This document shows, one piece after another, positions 53,077-64,000 of a DNA stretch of 64,000 nt. Where the stretch lies: the NCBI GenBank assembly GCA_002633005.1, contig NMRA01000089.1, positions 434,001 to 498,000 on the forward strand. The letters are read 5' to 3'. Every line of letters begins with the position of its first letter. The stretch's first letter is position 1. This stretch comes from Phoronis australis. Taxonomy: Eukaryota > Animalia > Phoronida. The notes below the pieces were generated by a model. It was not told where the DNA came from. It did no database searches and saw nothing but the letters and a program-made list of their open reading frames with translations. The translations under genes were made by a program, and so were the position numbers.

Positions 53077-55005
53077 GTTGGCGGGCACCACAATCTGAAA
53101 TAAACATGTCCATAAATGAAGTTTTCTAGCCAAGCTAAACAACACAGTGTGTCTGAAATGGCATGTAACATTTTCACAGAACACATGATAGCCTAAAAAA
53201 ATTTTAAACAGTCTGAAAGACAAACGTGATTAGTGAAAGAGTTAAACTCATGTGAGCTTCAAAATTTCATTTCCCACCGATTGACCATGAACAAACCAAC
53301 TACATACCTGCTTTCCATCAAATAAACATTTAATACATTATGCTGCTTGCAATAAAATTGGCACAATTTGTTGTAATAAAACTGATGGTACCCTCATGTT
53401 CCTCTCATTTTGTATTACAGAAGCTTTTAAGTTAATTACCTCTAAACAATCAAGAATCACATGACATCCCTGTAAATATCTCCCGTATATCCAGAAGCTA
53501 TCATTTGGAGACCACTCATGTCTAATACGTCCGAAACTGCTTAATAAGTAATCAAAGCTGCTTAGCAGTACAAGCTTCCAAGAGTCTATTTTTCTAGAAT
53601 GCCTAAGTTTACATGTTTTCTTTACACAGAGTCTAAAAGAAGACTTGTGCCATAACTTACAAGTGGTCTTAAGTTTCCGTTTAGACTCGGCATACAAAAA
53701 CGTGTGGAAATCACAACCTTTAAGTGAATCAAGTCCTGGCCATATCAAACTTAATGTAGTGACCCATCATTACATTCCATGTAATAAAAAAAAACAAATG
53801 AACAGAAAAACAAACAAACAAAAACTTCCTGTCTTGTGGACAGTGTCAACGGAAGGAAGTCTGATAGCAACAGTCTATTCATATCCAAGGTTCATAAGTG
53901 TGGATACTTATAGCGTACAACATGAATACAAACATCATTGATAAACTTAGGACTGACCTTGTTCCTAATATAGACCTAAATGAGTGATTAATATTCATGA
54001 TTAATGATTGCATTTAACCCAGTTAGAGTTTCAGATACACCCTACACCACCCCTCCACCATCTTGCTTGAACTGTATTCCAAAGATAACTTTCAGTTAGA
54101 AAAACATACAGGAGTAATGCACTGGAGGGAGAAAAAGACTAAGCTATTCTTCAGCCAAAGGCCAGGTACATACCCAATGGGCAACCCATACACCCTTGGG
54201 GAATCCTACTTCAGGGTCACATCAGGGGGAAAGATTCCTCCCAGTAAATGTTTTAAAGACTTAATAATTCAAGTCCACAGTCCGAAAAGCAGCTACGGTC
54301 AGATCGGCATTCGAAACTACGACATCTTGAGAAATGACACATACCTGTGACAAACCATTTAGTTAAATTTAATTGAACAATTGCCTGGAAGTCAAGAGGG
54401 AAACTCTTCTCAGACCAAGAATAAAGTTGTGAAAAAGCATAATGCCTAGAGCTTCTTTTCATAAAACTATCAAATCCAGAAACTGAAGAATTAGAGTCCC
54501 CTAGCATCGCCACATGGGGCAGACAAACTTACAGTACCTGTGTACAGTACAGTGTACCCAATGACACCAGTGATGACATCTATTCTTCACCAAGAAAACG
54601 TCTCCATTCATGGAGACATTCAGTACTTATATTTTGTGTGACAGTCATTAATTGCACTTAAGTATTTCTAAGTATCTTGATCACTGGTAGATCTGGAATG
54701 TTGCAAGGGAGTAAAATAAAACTTCCACGTAACCCGTAAAATCTGTATGCCAACGGTGTATCTTTATTACATCACGTTCATATGGACCCCTTAAATCTGC
54801 CTATGACGATTGTAGCCATTCAGTCATCCACTTGTACATGAAGGGTTTAGACCTAGGAACTAGAGACAGACTCGGAGTGTGAGATATAGCAGTATTCCAT
54901 GATAGAGTATTACCTAAAAGCAAACAAAAATGTTTAACCTAGAGAAAATGATTATGTTACATTCTGCACCAACTTGTAGTTAAGGAGTCCCAAACGGAAT
55001 GTACC

Positions 55006-55563
55006 CATGACGGCAACATCCCGTTGCTCCCAACTTGTTCGATTCTATAGCCCTACAACTAGTTGGGAAGTTTACTCCCATAGCCAATAACTTACATGAC
55101 TGATTAACTCCATACTGGTATTTATGGTTGAAGGGCCTGTGCTCTTTTGTTCGATTTTATTGCTCTAATCTCCTATCAGCCTGACTGGGCTGGGCTGATA
55201 AAAATGAAAGTTAAGTTAAAACATATTTGAGCTTAAACCAAAAGCATTTCTGAATTCCTCGTCAAATGCTGATCATGTTCCGTTTTTGAATCACCAAAAT
55301 CGCCCAACTACAACAGAAGTTAAGACAATCTATTCTGTCCAAAAGGATTACCAACGCACTGGGTTTGACTGTGTTCCTACGCATTAGGTAACAGTTTGCA
55401 ACCACCATAGGTTTCCTTTGAAGCCTGAGAGATAATATTGGCCCCTGCTTGTTATCATACGGGACAAAAGACTGAGCTGGGCAATTAACAAAAGCCAGAT
55501 GTTATCGAACGTTCAGCATCCCTCATGTCTGGAAAAGTTACTGAACGACAGAACGCTGTAATG
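55006..55563 (+). mobile_element. MITE family B, copy 2
   Basis: Colinear with 30426-30961; ends CATGACGGC.. / ..AGAACGCTGTAATG. Confidence 0.75.
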
Positions 55564-55698
55564 CTAATCAGAAGTCTATAGTATTATAACTGAAGAGACA
55601 TATGGTAAAATTTCTATAGTTAAGGAAACAGTGAGAAACTGACTACTTTGCTCAAGGTCGGAGTTGATACCAAATTTTAGAAATAAGCCATTTTGGCT

Positions 55699-58200
55699 GT
55701 CTCAAATTCAAGACGTCCGATGAAAGACAAACACAAATTTTGGCAATGCATAAAATGTTGCAAAATGCAGATATAACATGAACAATGACAATTACTCATG
55801 TCTTAATCTTCAGAATCAAGAACCAATTTTGGCTTAAATTCCAAGAGTGACAAATTATAGAGACTATCTGAACCACGAAAATGTTTACAACAAACTTTAT
55901 TGACTCAAGTGGGTGTGTCGTGCCAAGACACTCAAATGAGTGACCAACAGGTAAAAGAACGCGTAAATTTTCAGAAAAATGTTTAAACATAAGTTAGTTT
56001 TCAATCATCTCAAATGCTTTTCTTCATTATGTTTAAATATTATTATTAGTTAAAAGTAAATACCTATACTGAAAAACAATCATAGGTGGAGCTCCGGGCA
56101 CAATGATTTTGAGATGTGCGAAGTGGGGCCAGAATTTTGCTTATCGTAGACAATCGAAGTTCTTCTAAACGTTCTTAATGTCTCATTAAATTATGATTAA
56201 ACCTGAACATCATGGGAAAACACAACTTGCACAGTTTACACAAACTTGTATTCCAAGGGTTAACAACGCTGTAGAGCGTGTCTGTAAATACTTATTTATA
56301 GACATGCAGTTGTGTGTCTTGTTTCATCCACTGAATAACGGGTTCATTGATTACCTGGTTCTCTAAATCAAGGACGGCATTGGTCTGATACATTGGACCC
56401 TGATTTAGAGAACCAGGCAATCACTGAATAGCGGGTCCCCTTCCTCAATGGAGGAAACTAGATCTCTTAATCACAGGCCATTACATCTGAACTACTGCAG
56501 TCTCGAAGGGCAGCTGTTTACCAGCAGTGCTGGATTTTAGACCCTTGAAATACGAGACTAGATATTTTAGTATAGTGAGTATAGTGAGTATAGTGACATG
56601 AGACAGTTGCGAGAACAAAGTTCAGAGACCGTATCCTAAAAGTGGGTGGAGCTGTCATGATCGACCATAAAAAACATCTGCCAGTCACCTGGACATTGGC
56701 CGAGCCAGCACAGGAAAACGTACTGCAAGGATGAATAAATAGTTATGGGTTCGATGATACTTGCACATGAGCAAAAGCAAACATGGCAAACCTAAGATTT
56801 TTACCTCTTTTCAAACTGACGCAAGCTTAAAACACATAACAGGCTTAAACTTTCACATTACCGCGAACAACTTTCGCCAGACAACCACCATGAATGTTAC
56901 CCACAATACACCATTTTGTATCAACATTTTCTCTAAATTAACGTAAACAANGTCTCAAATTCAAGACGTCCGATGAAAGACAAACACAAATTTTGGCAAT
57001 GCATAAAATGTTGCAAAATGCAGATATAACATGAACAATGACAATTACTCATGTCTTAATCTTCAGAATCAAGAACCAATTTTGGCTTAAATTCCAAGAG
57101 TCACGAATTATAGAGACTATCTGAACCACGAAAATGTTTACAACAAACTTTATTGACTCAAGTGGGTGTGTCGTGCCAAGACACTCAAATGAGTGACCAA
57201 CAGGTAAAAGAACGCGTAAATTTTCAGAAAAATGTTTAAACATAAGTTAGTTTTCATTCATCTCAAATGCTTTTCTTCATTATGTTTAAATATTATTATT
57301 AGTTAAAAGTAAATACCTATACTGAAACACAATCATAGGTGGAGCTCCGGGCACAATGATTTTGAGATGTGCGAAGTGGGGCCAGAATTTTGCTTATCGT
57401 AGACAATCGGAGTTCTTCTAAACGTTCTTAATGTCTCATTAAATTATGATTAAACCTGAACATCATGGGAAAACACAACTTGCACAGTTTACACAAACTT
57501 GTATTCCAAGGGTTAACAATGCTGTAGAGCGTGTCTGTAAATACTTATTTATAGACATGCAGTTGTGTGTCTAGTTTCATCCACTGAATAACGGGTTCAT
57601 TGATTACCTGGTTCTCTAAATCAAGGACGGCATTGGTCCGATACATTGGACCCTGATTTAGAGAACCAGGCAATCACTGAATAGCGGGTCCCCTTCCTCA
57701 ATGGAGGAAACTAGATCTCTTAATCACGGGCCATTACATCTGAACTACTGCAGTCTCGAAGGGCAGCTGTTTACCAGCAGTGCTGACTTTTAGACCCTTG
57801 AAATACGAGACTAGATATTTTAGTATAGTGAGTATAGTGACATGAGACAGTTGCAAGAACAAAGTTCAGAGACCGTATCCTAAAAGTGGGTGGAGCTGTC
57901 ATGATCGACCATAAAAAACATCTGCCAGTCACCTGGGACTGGACATTGGCCGAGCCAGCACAGGAAAACGTACAGCAAGGATGAATAAATAGCTATGGGT
58001 TCGATGATACTTGCACATGAGCAAAAGCAAACATGGCAAACCTAAGATTTTTACCTCTTTTCAAACTGACGCAAGCTTAAAACACATAACAGGCTTAAAC
58101 TTTCACATTACCGCGAACAACTTTCGCCAGACAACCACCATGAATGTTACCCACAATACACCATTTTGTATCAACATTTTCTCTAAATTAACGTAAACAA
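55699..58200. repeat. ~1.25-kb near-identical tandem duplication split by N at 56951 (probable uncollapsed haplotypes)
   Basis: 55699-56950 versus 56952-58200 differ only by scattered SNPs and 9-bp and 6-bp indels; the junction is the gap base. Confidence 0.9.
56348..56423 (-). ncRNA. Candidate pre-miRNA-like hairpin (duplicate at 57601-57676)
   Basis: 26-bp stem with 24-nt loop; both non-Watson-Crick positions are G:U on the minus strand. No match to a family I recognise. Confidence 0.25.
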
Positions 58201-58336
58201 TTGTAAAACTGTATGAAATACTACAAATGCAACTATTAAATTAATAATAACATTTATCATAGCACACAGATGCCTTTTTAGCGTTACATACAAATTGTTT
58301 TGTTTTATCAATTATTTAGGAATCTCATTATTCAAA

Positions 58337-60549
58337 ATGGCAGCCTACACAAAAGAGGAAGTGGCGGTTCACAACACCCAGGACGATCTTTGGATTATTG
58401 TAGACAAAAAGGTTCCGTTTTAGTCAGCTTCTGATTGTAATTGAAATGACACACCTTATCATCTGATAGTGACACTAAGATATCTTCTGAAGAAAACGAA
58501 TCCTCACCGTTTTTTACGCAATTACGTGTCAGTGAGTTGGGGTCACGATCGATTTTCTGATCTCAAAATTTTCTCAAACTTCGACAGAAAGTAAATGCTA
58601 GGTAGTTTGGAAATACTCATAGTTACTAACTGACCTGATCTGGCACTATGTACCCTTATCCTTATTTTTTAGTCCTACTGAAGCATTTAAAAACTCCTTC
58701 AGCGAGTTTTATTTGATCTTTTTTGCGACCTCAGATTGTGTTTGGCTGCCTGGGAAAAATTTCAAGCCGCCACTGCGAGTATCAAAGTTAGACAATAATT
58801 CCCCATAAATTTGTTTCAAAATACGTGTTGACTTCCAAATTTTAAATTGCTTACAGTTTTCCTAGATTTATTAGCTTAGCCTTAGGTTCACAGTTCTTCT
58901 ATTTATTTCATGAAATCAGTGCATTTGCCACACAGCTGTCAGCACACATCAAAAATACACTTAAATTATAACAGGAAATAAAGAAACAGAAGTCAAAATT
59001 GTTTGGCAAAAATCAGGCAAGGTCGGTGAAACACACGTCACCAGTGTATACGATCTTAGAGCGTACGTTCTATGTTCGATTGTTGGCGGGAGGAATCGAG
59101 TTAGAGAAAGAATGTAAATTTATGATGAGAAATTGAGAGAGGTTCACGTAAGACTCTGAGAATGGGGCATGGTACGACCTTTTTTCTTAGTCGACTAATT
59201 TTACGCAGGATCCGGCAACCAACCTCAGATTTCATTTGGCGACTTGGGATTTTTAGTTTTGGCGACCTCAGATTTTGCTTGGCGACCTTGGATTTTTGCC
59301 AAGTCACCAAATGCATGTGATGCTGCATTTTCTCCAGGCTTTGCAGCATCTTGGCTCAATTCGGTTATTCATTTGTTTCAACTATGAATATCAGTTTTCA
59401 CAGTTTTGAGGTAGTGTGGATGTATAACCAACACAGCTAAACTGCTTCAACCTCCTTTTGAAATGCACAGTACACGTGCTGTCTATTTGGAATGAAATTT
59501 CAGTGAGAAACAAGTGCAAGGCATTTTATGGAGTACCAATGTACTGCTGTGTGGTACTAAGGAACAAAGGCAGCTGAGTAGATTGAGAACAAAAAACAGG
59601 TCACCAGTATGATAAGGTAGTAAAGGGACCTGTTACAGGGCTTGACGCTCAACATCATGATAATGCCAACTTCCCAAATGGGAAATGGGGTTGCCAAAAC
59701 AAAGAAACACAATTTGTAGAGGTGATGAGAGGACTGAGCAACACCGTTTTTTCCATCTTTTAAAGTCAAGCGTATAATTCGGTGGTCAACACATCAGTAC
59801 AATTTCTCTGCTTCATTTTAGAGTGTGTTCCCTAAAAGAAACTTTCAAACGCTAATGATTTCAATTTTAATTTGTATATCCAACGCACAAGAAGTAAATC
59901 TATGTAGGACCTAAGTCTGTATATTTAGTAGTCAAATATCTACACAACTATAGAGTTTTAACCCAGTGAAAGAATATGTTTCCAATAATGAAATTGGGTC
60001 TGATGGTCTATTTTAATAAAATGTATCAAAATAGAATGGTACATTCATAGCAAAACAACACTGTACCGTTTACAGGACCAAAATCTCAAAAACGCTGTTA
60101 CGTTTTTTTTACCGGTAATATTTTTGTTTGATGCAAATTTTGATTTTTTTTATATAAAAGTCTAAAAATTAATTTTTGTTAGTATCTTGTGACAAAGTGA
60201 AGCAAATTAAAAACAGTTTGTTTCAGCGTTTAGTAGAACGGTGCATAAAGCATGGTATCTGAAAGTTTCATTTGAATCCGATAGGCCATTTCTGAGATAT
60301 GATGTTCCGAAGTTAATTGAATTTGGACATTCTTCAATGTCCTACATAGCCATAATGAGTGCTTCTTTTTCTTTGCAGATCTACAATGTCACTTCTTACA
60401 TAAGAGAACATCCGGGAGGCACTGCTATAATGAGGAATGCTGGGAAAGATTCCTCTGCTGGCCTGCACTCTTGCATCCCACATCAGATTGTAAAGGGCTT
60501 CATCTTTCAAAAACTGAAAGAGTTCTACGTCGGTGATCTTAAAGAGTAG
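58337..60549 (+). CDS. Small soluble cytochrome b5-like heme protein (81 aa)
   Basis: Exon 58337-58411 (MAAYTKEEVAVHNTQDDLWIIVDKK|GT) plus exon 60379-60549 (IYNVTSYIREHPGG..NAGKDSS..PH..EFYVGDLKE*), phase 0. HPGG heme motif present. Confidence 0.88.
58720..59352 (-). mobile_element. Dispersed repeat, copy 2 (inverted relative to 4309-4980)
   Basis: Reverse-complement block matches as listed for copy 1; contains short GGCGACCT..GATTTT internal repeats. Confidence 0.65.
59900..60349 (+). mobile_element. MITE family A, best-preserved copy
   Basis: Perfect 11-bp inverted ends CTATGTAGGAC / GTCCTACATAG (including TA); three further related copies in the window. Confidence 0.7.
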
Positions 60550-61414
60550 TGGATCTGTTGTACAAAACAGTGCCTTGATGTGAAGTACTAATGATTGCTG
60601 TCTGCATGAGAGCACAGTCTATAGACTCACAGTCACCAATATGTTTCCATCCAAACTGTATATCACTGTGATAATTTATTGTTTAGCTGTTGTTGTTAAG
60701 AATTCTTCTGTTTAGCGCACAATATGACGGACAAGTGGAATTTTGTCTTGTAAATTTAGGAGAAAGGTTTATTTTTGTTATTAGCATGAAGTGTATATCA
60801 CATCTATCACAAAACAAATTTAGTATTTTGGGTAGAAAATGGCAAAAATACTCAAATTGTTTGTCCCAAATTTTTTTTGAATTTTTGTGATATTGTTGCT
60901 GGTTTTATTGTTACTTTACGATATTGTCCACATGCATTAGAGGATAATGTGTTGTTTGTGATATAGTGATGAAATTTTGGACGAAAGGAGAGCTTTGTTT
61001 CCTTTTTTGATCAGGAACAAACTATGGTTTGTGAAGTTGTCCTGTGCAATATTGATTATACTCAGAGCCACAGTTAGGTTAGGATCGTAGAATTTCTTAA
61101 AATGAACAGTGTCAAACAGTGTTGGTAGGTGTCAAACAAAAGCAAAGCTTTATGAGAAACAGGATATACTAATAGTCTATTTTGAAAGACTTTTATTTAT
61201 CTACAAATTAACTATTGTTGATTGGTTCTCATTCCATGTTGATGTCGCTGACACATTTTCCATTTATAGTGTCCCTGATTAATATTTGAGGCCTGGAAAG
61301 GTAGTAGATATGCCATGTTCCATATGTAAGTTCTGGGCTTACTATAGATGTTTTTACAAGGAGTACAGTTGTCTCAGTGCAAGTTGTCACAAGGCCACTT
61401 GCTCCACTTAGTCG

Positions 61415-61686
61415 CATTTACATGACTCAAACTGTATTGGCGTGAGTCATTTACATGACTCAAACTGTATTGGCGTGAGTCATTTACATGACTCAAACTG
61501 TATTGGGGTGAGTCATTTACATGACTCAAACTGTATTGGCGTGAGTCATTTACATGACTCAAACTGTATTGGCGTGAGTCATTTACATGACTCAAACTGT
61601 ATTGGCGTGAGTCATTTACATGACTCAAACTGTATTGGCGTGAGTCATTTACATGACTCAAACTGTATTGGCGTGAATCATTTACA
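61415..61686. repeat. 33-bp minisatellite x~8 (CATTTACATGACTCAAACTGTATTGGCGTGAGT)
   Basis: Near-perfect tandem units; these explain ORFs 61374-61703 and 61442-61720. Confidence 0.95.
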
Positions 61687-61745
61687 GGAAGACTGCTGTG
61701 CATGCTTGCATAAACAATAGCAAATGTCCAAAGCGTGTGTGATGC

Positions 61746-62745
61746 CAGCAGATCACTCGTATTTAATGCTGCTGCGCAATTTTACAGTGATGCTCCCTTC
61801 CGCCTTGCCCCTGTTTGGTTTTGGATGTGTGGTTGAAATAGGAGCAACTGATGGAATGCAACTTGCTCTACCTCTCAAACCAGTGTTAAAAATGGCTGTC
61901 GGGGTGCTAACTTGGTCCTTGTCAGTCGTGTTTACACAAACACTCGAGCCCGATCAATTGTTCCATGTTAGTTGCATCATGACAAATTGTCTCCCATGTA
62001 AATGCGGCTGATCAGAATTTCTATTATAATATTATGCCTTTTTGTGACTATTCCAGATGACATTAGATTTTCTCATGTAGTCTAAGTGTTACCTGGTGTC
62101 TTTTGTTCAGCACGACTATGATGATATGAAGGCCGTTATATCTCACCCTTGAAAGAGATACTATTGGAGTCATTGCTTAGGCAATAATTTCTGTGCACCA
62201 CACAAAAAGAGCTTAGACCAACCTTTTTGATATTGCAGGCAGTTGNCAGCATATCACTTGTATATATGCTGCTGCGCAATTTTACAGTGATGCTCCCTTC
62301 CGCCTTGCCCCTGTTTGTTTTTGGATGTGTGGTTGAAATAGGAGCAACTGATGGAATGCAACTTGCTCTACCTCTCAAACCAGTGTTAAAAATGGCTGTC
62401 GTGGTGCTAACTTGGTCCTTGTCAGTCGTGTTTACACAAACACTCGAGCCCGATCAATTGTTCCATGTTAGTTGCATCATGACAAATTGTCTCCCATGTA
62501 AATGCGGCTGATCAGAATTTCTATTATAATATTATGCCTTTTTGTGACTATTCCAGATGACATTAGATTTTCTCATGTAGTCTAAGTGTTACCTGGTGTC
62601 TTTTGTTCAGCACGACTATGATGATATGAAGGCCGTTATATCTCACCCTTGAAAGAGATACTATTGGAGTCATTGCTTAGGCAATAATTTCTGTGCACCA
62701 CACAAAAAGAGCTTAGACCAACCTTTTTGATATTGCAGGCAGTTG
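61746..62745. repeat. ~500-bp near-identical tandem duplication split by N at 62246 (probable assembly artefact)
   Basis: 61746-62245 versus 62247-62745 differ at only a few positions; the junction is the gap base. Confidence 0.9.
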
Positions 62746-64000
62746 GCACATTGCAGTTCTTGTACTTATCTATTGACACTGTACATGGTGTCATGGAGTC
62801 AATTGTGTTTCGTGCTGATCTTTAAATTCTACTTTAAGATATTGCCCGATGGTGCTAATACAATTACACGTATGATATGGGGTCATAGAAAATGAAAGTA
62901 CGAGGTATGTCATGTGCAAAAGTGATAATTTTCTAAGGTACAATGCTCACAGTTTATATGAAACCCTCTTGAACTTATCTCTCAGTATTCAAAGAATTGC
63001 TATTGAAGTAATTGACAGTGTTATATTTCTGGGCTCCAGACAACAGGAACTTAGGTCAGCCTTCCTTATATTTTGTGTTGTTAGACCATCACCGTGCATG
63101 TACTTATAATTATTTACAAAGTTAAAGGCACCATGGAACACGCTCTTTTTCTTATGCTGATCTCCAAATTCTATTTTAAGATGTAGTATGATGGTGCTAA
63201 TTTATCTGGGTATAACCTGCTGGACTGTAGAACCTGGAATTGGTATGTCACTTGATAAACTGATCATTTCTCACCTGCTGGGCTCACTGTTTTCAAGTAT
63301 GGTGAACTGAAGTACATAAATTTCAGACACTTTTGTGTTGTATGTTTTGTTATATATTGCAAGTAATTACTGGAGATTTTACTGTTTATTGAAACTTCTA
63401 TTTTACTCAAGTATTGGTTGTTGTATATTTTTGTCAAATATACTGTGAAAAATGTAATTGAAATCATGTATCTTTTTATGCTAGACAGTCACAATATTGT
63501 TTTTTCATCAAACAAAAATATTCACATCATATTTTTTGAGAAGAGGGTCGCCATTCTTTAAGTATCTTTTTAGGGAGGGAGGGAAATCCTCAAAGGGGAA
63601 AACCGCTTCATTGAGGACCAGGCAAAATATGCTATGATACAATATAACACAAGAAAACAACAGAAAATATAAGACAGTATTTATGATTTATTCGTTGATA
63701 CATTTTACATACGATTGCAAGACTGTCGTATGGAATCAACAGCGTACTGTACGTCAATAAATAAACCCCTCAGTAAAAATAAAGTGGTGATACATTCCTA
63801 CACTCCGCAGAATACAGCAAGATAAACACATTGTTCTTGTATAAGTATTAGCTGAATACAAGTGCCGCACTAACATTACGCCCTACCTCAGACCACTCTC
63901 TGAAATCCTGCTACCTTAACCCCTCAGTTCTTAAAAATACGATTTTTGTTAAACAAAATAAATATTTTCCAGTGGTACGATGCAGTCACAGTCGTATGAC

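Noticed and set aside
53338-54513. ORFs of 86-136 aa upstream of the AFTPH start, including an IPQGC string reminiscent of LINE reverse transcriptase
   Set aside because: No sustained similarity or further RT motifs; consistent with chance ORFs in a 5' UTR intron.
61374-61720. Repetitive ORFs on both strands, and a possible CRISPR-like array
   Set aside because: A pure 33-bp tandem repeat with no unique spacers and no cas genes, in a eukaryotic context; the frames are open only because the unit is a multiple of 3.
61724-62511. Duplicated 94-95-aa ORFs suggesting a tandem gene pair
   Set aside because: No recognisable domain or splice support; the duplication coincides with an N gap.
63273-63306. 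Possible small minus-strand exon (CTTCAG|..CCAGCAG|GTGAG)
   Set aside because: Splice-like ends only; no partner exon or protein similarity identifiable within the window.

Overview
AT-rich eukaryotic genomic DNA with spliceosomal GT-AG introns, most likely from an invertebrate animal; the taxon cannot be fixed from sequence alone. Six protein-coding genes were reconstructed by hand with phase-compatible splice junctions. (1) The 3' half of pyruvate carboxylase (+, 9 exons, 611-14787). (2) A divergent rolling-stone/AIG1-like membrane protein gene nested antisense in a PC intron (-, 2 exons, 10809-9108). (3) Glycine N-methyltransferase (-, 5 exons). (4) Inositol-tetrakisphosphate 1-kinase (+, 10 exons). 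(5) Aftiphilin (-, 6-7 coding exons). (6) An 81-aa anchor-less cytochrome b5 (+, 2 exons). Non-coding space holds several MITE/foldback families, a tRNA-derived SINE, a Helentron-like repeat with CTCF-like motifs and many minisatellites. Two duplications flanking single N bases are probably haplotype assembly artefacts. The best novelty candidates are the nested gene (apparent loss of the family His, with a palindromic CRE-motif array just upstream), a 33-bp array carrying 15 AP-1 sites, and a strand-specific 26-bp pre-miRNA-like hairpin. No prokaryotic-type system (CRISPR, operon) is present.
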